Part shown: positions 36,651 to 45,324 of the stretch, in pieces
How the letters are laid out: every line of letters begins with the position of its first letter
How positions within the stretch are numbered: position 1 is the stretch's first letter
From: Octopus sinensis
Lineage: Eukaryota
Reading direction: 5' to 3'
Length of the DNA stretch: 64,000 nt
Assembly (NCBI RefSeq): GCF_006345805.1
Contig: NC_043002.1
Location: 24,924,001-24,988,000, forward strand
Notes under the pieces: generated by a model
Told to the model about the DNA's origin: nothing
Databases searched by the model: none
Seen by the model: only the letters and a program-made list of their open reading frames with translations
Translations under genes and position numbers: made by a program

Positions 36651-38278
36651 TATATACATATATATATACGATGGGCTTCTTTCGGTTTCCGTCTACCAAA
36701 TCCACTTACAAGACTTTGGTCAGCCTGAGGCTATAGTAGAAGACACTTGCCAAGGACTGAACCTGGAACCATGTAGTTCGTAAGCAAACTACTTACCACA
36801 CAGTCACTCCTCTGCCTATATGTCGTATTTTAAATTTGAAGAAAAAAACCCTTTTTCTTCAAGTATAAAATGCGACATTACTGGCATAATTTCATTATAT
36901 TTATAGTCCACAACACAAATGCATAAAAACAGGACAGGCACCACACACACAGACAAGAACAAGCACGTACACACAGAGGAACAAGCACGCACACACGTAC
37001 AACCCATTAGCTTTCTTCTCCTCCCCTTTCGTGAACTGACAGTTGACAACAGTCATGGAAAGAGCCGAACTGAAATGTTTTGGTCCATCGAGTTATATCG
37101 AAAGAATGCCAAATATGTTTATTAACATCGTAAGTTACACGCTTTTTACCATGTAGAAGTTAAATGAAATTTCAATAAGCTGACTGTCTCCATACAACTC
37201 ACGGTTTAGCAACTAATGCCGCTGAGAATGCGAATAAAAATGCAAAACATAGGGAGTGGAACGGAGAATACAGACTACAATTGTTTCATAACTAACTGAA
37301 ACAATTGTTGTTTGTATTCTACCTATTCCATTCCATGTTTTTTTAGATGGATGCATGCAGACAAACATATCAGTAGCATTTTAGGTCTCCGGGCAAGTCA
37401 ACGCAATGAGCCCTATTATATTTATTTATTGACAGCAAGCCACAACATACATAAATGAAAATTAGGTACCTAGATTTTTGAGGTCACCGAGTAACTGCCC
37501 GGTATGCCCAAACCTTTCGACAGCACTGTATATATATATATGTATACATTGATGTAAATATATATGTTTGTGCACGTGTACATAGAAACCTCTAACACAT
37601 ACACACAAAAAAAATAGGATAAGAACTCAATACAGGTTAACTGTAGAGTAAGAATTTGATTGAGTTAATTGAACAGTTCTTTGCTGAATGGTTTCATCCC
37701 AATAGGGAATCTTCAGAAGGAGATTTAACACTGGAAAGTGGGATATGTTAGTGTTCAGGGATGGCGAGTACATTTTCCTAATGGAGTAAGATACATAACA
37801 GAAATATTGAATTAGTGCAAAATACTTGATGGTACTTTATTCTGTCAACCTCCATCCGTAAAAAACAAGGGAGGTTATTAATCTCAGTGGAATTTGATCT
37901 CAGGACACAAAAGGACTTACTTAACTCATTTGCCACAAAGCATTTTGTCTGAAGCTCTAACGATTCTGTCAATCTCTGCAAGGAATGGCAGAATACCGAC
38001 CACTGCAGGTTTTCCAAAATTGGTGAGATTAATGTCCAGTTTTAACATCTGCAGGTAAAAAATGAGGGTAGCAGAACCTGCAATAGAATGAACGCCTATG
38101 AAAGTGTTAGATTTACCATGGATTTGGATATGTAGTCATGTTTTGGACACTTCAGTATATTTGTCTTATTTGTAAGGTTTGGTTTGCTGGTGTGACACAA
38201 TACACATAACAGGGGTGAGTAATCTCTAGGTTGCTCTCATACCATTTATTGGTACACTTATCTACAGATTTCATGCAC

Positions 38279-38485
38279 ATCATCATCGTTTAACGTCCGC
38301 TTTCCATGCTAGCATGGGTTGGACGATTTTGACTGAGGGCTGGCGAACCAGATGGCTGCACCAGGCTCCAATCTTGATTTGGCAGAGTTTCTACAGCTGG
38401 ATGCCCTTCCTAACGCCAACCACTCCGAGAGTGTAGTGGGTGCTTTTTACGTGCCACCGGCACGGGGGCCAGTCAGGCGGTACTG
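38279..38485 (-). mobile_element. Young RTE-X 3' tail copy in the intron of ZF gene 2
   Basis: catcatcgtttaacgtccgctttccatgctagcatgggttggacg. Confidence 0.85.
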
Positions 38486-38669
38486 ATACATTTAGAAATA
38501 TCCTATATTATGTACAACATGGTGCCATCTATATTATAGTGCTCATCTGTGGAAGTTCATAAGTTTCTTGAGTGATGTATCAATAGATTTTTAAATTGCT
38601 ATCCTTGAAAGATACTGTCATGCTATTAATATTTAGTTGTACATTTCTTTGATTCTTATTGTCAGCTTC

Positions 38670-38716
38670 ATGTTAATGTTGGTTTTCTTGTATTTCAGGA
38701 AATGTTTCCATCTTGA
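38670..38716 (+). promoter_or_regulatory. 3' splice acceptor (AG 38697-38698) plus 4-codon uORF MFPS* of ZF gene 2
   Basis: atgttaatgttggttttcttgtatttcag|gaaATGTTTCCATCTTGA; homologous to 1908-1957. Confidence 0.7.
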
Positions 38717-38889
38717 AAACTGTATTTCTAAATGAAGATGTTATTATTGAACTTTGTTAATTAAAATGAATACTTTGAGATTTTAAGAGCATAGAGAACT
38801 TATATCGTCAGATTAATATTTTGGGAACTACAAACTACTATCATATTGTCATTTAAAAAAATAGTATGATGTGAAAATATACCAGCAAG

Positions 38890-40404
38890 ATGGAAGACAA
38901 CACAGTTGATGCAGTAGAGACAAAATACCACTGTAAAATTTGTGATAAAAAGTTCTTATACATTTCACATTTCAGTATGCACAAACAGTCTCATACCAGA
39001 GAGAAACCATATCACTGCAATATATGTAGTAAAACATTTATATCTAATACTTATTTAAAGTCACATAAACTTGTTCATACTGTAGAGAAACCATACAAAT
39101 GTGATGTTTGTGGTAAAACTTTCAAAAGAAATCCTAACTTAAAGAAACATAAAATTATTCACACAGGAAAGAAACCATTCCGCTGTGAAATTTGTGGTAA
39201 ATTTTTCTCAACTAATGCTGTATTAAAGCAACATATAGTGCTTCATACAGGAGAAAAATTATACAAATGTGATTTTTGTGATAAAGAATTTGCAAGAAGA
39301 AATGACCTAACAAAGCACAAGATGATTCATACTGGACAGAAACCATTTCACTGTGAAATTTGTGGTAAAACTTTTTTCAATGATTGTTACTTAAAGAAGC
39401 ATAGAATTATTCACACAGGAGAAAGCCCATATCATTGTGACATCTGTGGTAAAATATTTGCTTACAAAAGTATCTTAAAGGACCATCAGCTTGTTCATAC
39501 TGTTGAGAAAGCGTACACTTGTAACGTTTGCGGTAAAGCTTTTAACAGAACTTCTCACTTAAAGAGACATAAAATGATTCATACAGGGGAGAAACCATTC
39601 CACTGTGAAATTTGTGGAAAAACTTTCTCAACAAACAGTGAATTAAAACAACACATGTTTGTTCATACTGGAGATAAAATTTACAAATGTGAAATTTGTG
39701 ACAAAGCATTTTCAAGAAAAACTGGCTTAACTAAGCATGAAATGGTTCACACAGGCGTGAAACCCTTCTACTGTAATTTTTGTGGTAAAAGCTTCTGGAA
39801 TAATGCTGACTTAATAAAGCATAAGATACTCCATACAGGAGTGACTTACGCTTCCAAAGCACACAGCTGTAATATTTGTGGTAAAGTATTTGCTTGTGGT
39901 CGAAATTTAAAGAGGCATAAAGTCCTTCATACAGGAGAAAAACTTTACTCCTGCAAAACCTGTGGCAAATCATTTTCATGTAGTGATTACTTAAAGTGCC
40001 ATGAACTGGTCCATACTGGTGAAAAACCACACATTTGTGATATATGTGGAAAAACATTTTCATTAAAATCTAATAAAGAAAGGCATAAAAAAGTTCACAC
40101 TGGAGACAAACCATACCACTGTGACATTTGTGATAAAACTTTCTCAGAACGTTCTAATTTGAAAAGCCATAAATTAGTTCATTCAGGAGAGAGACCCTGC
40201 TACTGTGAGGTTTGTGGTAAAACTTATTTGTGTGTTAGAGAGTTAAAGAAACATTATGTAATTCATACAAATGACAAAACACACAAATGTGAAATCTGTG
40301 GTAAAACATTTTGGTATAAAAGTAACTTAAATCAACATTACATTGTTCACACAGGAAAGAAATCACTATCGACATCATCATCATCACTATCATCTCTGAC
40401 TTAA
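38890..40404 (+). CDS. C2H2 zinc-finger protein, 17 tandem fingers, no recognisable effector domain
   Basis: Intact 504-aa ORF; 17 CxxC-x12-HxxxH units; one extended linker TGVTYASKA between fingers 11 and 12. Confidence 0.93.
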   Translation: MEDNTVDAVETKYHCKICDKKFLYISHFSMHKQSHTREKPYHCNICSKTFISNTYLKSHKLVHTVEKPYKCDVCGKTFKRNPNLKKHKIIHTGKKPFRCEICGKFFSTNAVLKQHIVLHTGEKLYKCDFCDKEFARRNDLTKHKMIHTGQKPFHCEICGKTFFNDCYLKKHRIIHTGESPYHCDICGKIFAYKSILKDHQLVHTVEKAYTCNVCGKAFNRTSHLKRHKMIHTGEKPFHCEICGKTFSTNSELKQHMFVHTGDKIYKCEICDKAFSRKTGLTKHEMVHTGVKPFYCNFCGKSFWNNADLIKHKILHTGVTYASKAHSCNICGKVFACGRNLKRHKVLHTGEKLYSCKTCGKSFSCSDYLKCHELVHTGEKPHICDICGKTFSLKSNKERHKKVHTGDKPYHCDICDKTFSERSNLKSHKLVHSGERPCYCEVCGKTYLCVRELKKHYVIHTNDKTHKCEICGKTFWYKSNLNQHYIVHTGKKSLSTSSSSLSSLT

Positions 40405-40900
40405 CATTTGCTTTCTCTCTGTATTAGCACTCATCTTTTGTCATGTCGTCTGTGGGACCCAACATTTGACATTATCAGTGTTAACATAGAATTTTCTCAA
40501 CCAGCACTCTTGGTTGATTCGTATCACATGCCCAGACCAGAGCAGTGGATCTCCTGCATACATTGGCAAAGTCCCAGTTTCTGTTCAATTTTTTTACTCA
40601 GTCTTTCACTTAAATTAACATTGTGTATCAAAAATACCTCATTTTTATTCTGCAGATTTTCTGTATTCAGCACTTGTGCCCCACTACCATACATCCTAAT
40701 ACTCTCCGCACGTTCTTCATACAGTCTACCTCTTACATTCATTGGAAAAAGCCTATGTCATTAACAGAACTAACAGGTACCTGTCTCTTCATGTTCTAGC
40801 CACTGTTTTCTTTACAAACTTCCCCAATGCTAATTAGATCATCCAGGTTATAGAAACTCTGAACTACATTACACTATTTGTATAATTCATAGATTTCATT
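40363..40900 (-). mobile_element. Old RTE-X relic antisense to ZF gene 2, overlapping its stop codon
   Basis: VRGRLYE...MYGS matches VKGRLYDACV of the 3261-5083 element; (CAT)n + ttaacatttgctttc tail. Confidence 0.6.
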
Positions 40901-40929
40901 TACCCCTGCTGCTATCTTTTCCTCAGCAT

Positions 40930-41428
40930 ATGCAGGTGGCACGTAAAAAGCACCCACTACACTCACAGTGGTTGGCGTTAGGAAGGGCATCTAGCTGTAG
41001 AAACATTGCCAGATAAGACTGGAGCCTGGTGCAGCCTTCTGGCTTCCCAGATCCCCGGTCGAACCGTCCAACCCATGCTAGCATGGAGAACGGACGTTAA
41101 ACGATGATGATGATGATGCTACAGTTGATGTCCTAGTTCTCTGTTAAGCTATTTGTGACCAGCATTGCCTTACTGGCACCTGTGCCGTTGGCATGTGTAA
41201 AAAAATTCGAGTGAGGTTGTTGCCAGTACTGCCTGACTGGCCCCCATGCCGGTGGCACGTAAAAGCACCCACTACACTCTCGGAGTGGTTGGCGTTAGGA
41301 AGGGCATCCAGCTGTTGAAACTCTGCCAGATCAAGACTGGAGCCTGATGCAGCCATCTGGTTCGCCAGCCCACAGTCAAAACCGTCCAACCCATGCTAGC
41401 ATGGAAAGCAGACGTTAAACGACGACGA
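40930..41428 (+). mobile_element. Two tandem RTE-X 3' tail copies (40930-41118; 41157-41428)
   Basis: gtggcacgtaaaa...ggaagggcatc...catgctagcatgga...gttaaacgatgatg. Confidence 0.85.
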
Positions 41429-42384
41429 CAAATAGCTTAATAGAGAACTAGGACATCAACTAGGAGAACTTAGATGTTTGTAGCAGAGATGAAGCTACAT
41501 TTAACATGTAAAAGCTTACCTATCTAGGAACATGTACTTCAACATACAACTGTCATAGAATAGAAGAGATTTTTTTCTCACTTGATAATGTTTCTAGTGC
41601 CTGTTACAATAAATACATACCATCCACTAGAGGGTTGTGGTCTCTTACCTCTCCTCCCTCACAAAGTGGTAAAAAGAAAAGTACTAGAATCTAGTAAAGT
41701 ATCAATTTGTTGCTTAGTCATCAACTGATGTTAGCTTTTTCAAGTCCATTTCAATGCTGTACCCTTATTATGGAGATTGTTGCTATCTTTGACTAACATG
41801 CTGGTCAAAAAAAGTCCAAATTTTTTGCTGCTATAACTAGTATTCTCTGCTGTCACAGTAGGTTGGAGTCAGCACAAAAAGTAACATCATCTATAGGTTA
41901 ATTTGTTTATCTAGCTAAGGGAACTGGGCACTAGTTTTGCAAGAGCTTATAGAGAATAAACTTTGGTGGTTGCCTTTTCTAAATTCTGTGCGGAGTTCTC
42001 AAGGAATCTTTATTAAACATGGTTAAAGGAGATCCCAAAAATAAGAAAAAATCTGTAATGATTTTACAGCTTGAAAATTATGGTGCCTGGAGAGACTTTT
42101 GAGTTATATTCAATATTGTCACTTTGTATTTAACCTCAAGTTTTCAAGTACAAACCATCGTTTCACTGGTAACATGTAATTACTTTGTTCTGGTATCATC
42201 AAGTAGTTTACAAGACTTTGAGCATTTAGAAAACTTTTTACATCCATAGACCAGGCATAAAACCAAATGTAATGTAGCTGATAGCCTTCAAGATTCAATA
42301 CATGTTGACTGAAAATAGTTGCTGTTCATAAATACTACATATAGTAATATACAACCAAACATCTGTGATGTCAGCCTGAGGAAG

Positions 42385-42636
42385 GTGTGCTACTCTAAAA
42401 GAGAAGTTTAATTTTCATGCCTATAGTTACTTTAGAACATTCTTGAATAGGTTTAGGAAGACCCTAAAATTCAGCTCTCTCAAGAGGTACTTTTCTCTTG
42501 GCAACTTGAAGCTATGTCATTATGGTCATAGCAGAAACTTTGAATCAGCTGCCGCAGACCATGCTGACAGAAGAGGACACAAAAAGTTCAAAGTAGGATT
42601 CAAAATAAACTGCATGAAAATTAGTTGAGGTGTGTA
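42385..42636. mobile_element. Tc1/mariner-type MITE; partial inverted copy at ~28490-28615
   Basis: aattttcatgc ... gcatgaaaatt ends; shared body gaaactttgaatcagctgccgcagaccatgctga. Confidence 0.6.
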
Positions 42637-42699
42637 TGTGCACACACACACATGTTGACCAGTGGTATATAAAATAAGTGAACTAGCTTGTCCTCCATA

Positions 42700-43720
42700 G
42701 TTCAGTGAACAGAGTAAGCAAGAGTTCTGCTAACAATATAGTTGTAGACACGGTGTTGGTCTGGAAGCAGTTGTGGCTCCACCTCATTGAGGAATTGGGC
42801 AAGAGACGCTTTGTCATAAGATGTTTCTTGCAAGACTGCAGGAGAAAGTGTGTTGTATACTGACCAGGGTATAGCTGGCAAACCGTATGTCGGCAAATCA
42901 GTACCACCAAGGGAAATAACCCTGTCCTCAAGGTCAAGCAGTGCTCTATTGTAAATTTCATCACTGGTGCCATCCAGTTCAAGATAATGCAATATTGCCT
43001 GATGTCTGTAGTCTTCTGAGAGAACATCTTGGAACTTCAGCCACAATGAGTTTGGATCATCCGCCTCACACATCTGTAGTAACACTGCAAACAGTGCACG
43101 TAGACGGCTAGGGAATTGCAAACGAGAAGCTTCTGATTATGTGCAAATCCACTGTGAGCCATTTTCAAGCAGACTATGTTTGAAACATGTCTCCCTGTAT
43201 GTGATGCAAAGATGACCATTGAATGTCCGAAGATCTTCGAATGACTGCAATCCCATTACTTTGTGAAGCAGCAAATGGAGGTAATAGCATTCGTGGTAAT
43301 TCGGGTGTACTGTATAAACTTGTCCAAGACAACTGTTGAACTTAATCCTGGGATGCCCATCAACAGGCTGGCCTGCCTTTCTGTGAACCCATCTTTTTCC
43401 TGGACAATGTGTAGTAGGAGAACACTTGAGGGTAGAGCAGCGTTTGAGTGAAAGGATCGTCCTGACATTATTTTGAAAAATGCAGTTAGGGTGGTTTCAC
43501 GTGACTCTTCCACCAATTGAGTGACAGTTTCATTGGTAAAGCAAATCCTTTGGCCATTTTCAAGGTGGACTGCAAGCTGCTCAATAAGAAGGTGCCTTTG
43601 ATGTATAGGGAAGCCGAAAAGTCACCAACAGGCCTTGTTGCTGCTAATGTAACAACTGACTTGGTATTGTGTTATCTCATCCCGACTTTTCTCCTGTTGG
43701 AGACCGAACATTGCAGCATC
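42700..43720 (-). mobile_element. Helitron Rep/Helicase fragment (frameshifted)
   Basis: TTLTAFFK; PSRLRALFAVLLQMCEADDPNSLWLKFQDVLSEDY; YNRALLDLED...YGLP; LLPDQHRVYNYI. Confidence 0.85.
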
Positions 43721-44289
43721 TGAACCTTTATTAACATACTTGCATGTATATTTGACATTTAACAGAATTGCAGAATTCCACATTGATATGTGCATTGAAA
43801 ATCTTAGACAACTATTGTTTTCTTTTCAATTGTGGCCCACGAATACATTTGAAGTTTTCTATCTTCAGTCAAGAACCAGATTATCCTTGCAATTTCAGCT
43901 GATTATTCTTGAGATTGCTCCAATCTGGCCAGCCCCATATATATATGTATATACATATACAGATGAAACGAAAATGTGCTAAGAGAAGTAACTCAGGATA
44001 GCATGTATCTGAAGATGAATAAGTTTATATCAAATAACATACAAGAACACATGCACATAAGCATACAGTACGTATTACGTGTGCGTGTGTGTCTGTGTGT
44101 GTGAAGGCACATGGCCAAGTGGTTAAGGAGTTGGACTTATGATTGCGAGATCGTGGTTTCAATTTCTAGACCGGGTGGTGCATTGTGTTAAGCAAAACAC
44201 ATTTCTTTTGCTCATCTTTTGGATCAAACCACTTCATCTCACATTGCAATGCGATATGTATGCATGCATGTATGTACACATCTCAAGGC

Positions 44290-44500
44290 TGTGAGGTGGC
44301 CGAATCATTAGCATGCCTGGCAAAATGCTTAGTGGCAATTCATCCTTCTTGATGTTCTGAGTTCAAAATCCACCAAAGTCGACTTTGCCCTTCATCCTTC
44401 GGGGTCGATAAAATAAGTCCCAGTTGAACACTAGGGTCGATATAATCGGCTTTACTTTCTTCACACAACTTGCTGGCCTTGTGCCAAAATTTGAAATCAA
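44290..44500 (+). mobile_element. SINE family A (tail type 2)
   Basis: SINE A body followed by ...ggccttgtgccaaaatttgaaa. Confidence 0.75.
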
Positions 44501-44829
44501 TATTTACACATCTCTGACGACTGGGCATTAAGTGTTGAGTATGCAGTGTAATTTTACATTATGTAGCTAATAATCACTGTATACTAATGAAACGTACGTA
44601 AAATGGTGTAATTAGAAATCGTACTGACAATCTCTTGTGTTCTGTTTTCTGTTTTAAATATACCATGTGGAACACTCAAACCCAGAGATTTAAATTTACA
44701 ACACACAAACGGAAATCCTATTGGAACTTTTGGTACTGGTCATTTGTCAAGCTATTTGAGTTTTAAATTGCACTTTGCAGACATATTAATACAAGCATGT
44801 ATTTATATGTTCCTCCTCCTCCTCCTCAT

Positions 44830-45290
44830 TATTATTTTGGTTTGGCTCAGGTTCGGTCTTATTCCTGGTAGGACTTATGTGAATAGCGGGTTACTACCTG
44901 TAACTTTAGGTATCGACAATTTTTCAGCAGTCTTTCAAGTGGTTTGAACCCTCCTGATAATCCTTGCTGTCTCTAAGAGTCAAACTTTCTGTAGGAGCCC
45001 TACCGGGCATTCTATTTCAATCTCCATTTGTTTATATCTTTCCTTATTGTTCCCAACGCAATAATTATTATAGGCACGACCTTTACTGCTCGCATGTTCC
45101 AAATTCTTATTTCAAATTTTAAGGGATTGTATTTTCTTTGTTTTGTTTTTTGTCCTCTTTCTTTGCAATCCTGGAATCCAACAGACATGAGGAGTCAACA
45201 AGGAAGCAACTTTTCTTTTCCTTATCTATAATTGTTATGTCCGGTGTATTACTTCTCTAAACTTCTTGTCCGTTTGAATAGGAAAGTCCC
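44830..45290 (-). mobile_element. R4/Dong-clade 3' fragment (second family), decayed
   Basis: Remnants DFPIQTD, PDITIIDKEK, KVVPIII of a restriction-like endonuclease; bounded by (ATT)n. Confidence 0.6.
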
Positions 45291-45324
45291 AATTATTATT
45301 ATTATTATTATTATTATCATCATC

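Larger units (their letters stand above)
35928..36810 (-). mobile_element. SINE family B split by an insertion (3' half 35928-36135, 5' half 36662-36810)
   Basis: Both halves match 2876-3251. Confidence 0.85.
35658..37122. mobile_element. Foldback element (about 290-bp arms, 5-nt loop at 36847-36851) interrupted by nested insertions
   Basis: 35670-35915 is the reverse complement of 36880-37112; arms continue into atgtcgtattttaaatttgaagaaaaa / tttttcttcaagtataaaatgcgacat. Confidence 0.85.

Noticed and set aside
39731-40063. Antisense ORF inside ZF gene 2
   Set aside because: Shadow of the periodic finger coding sequence.
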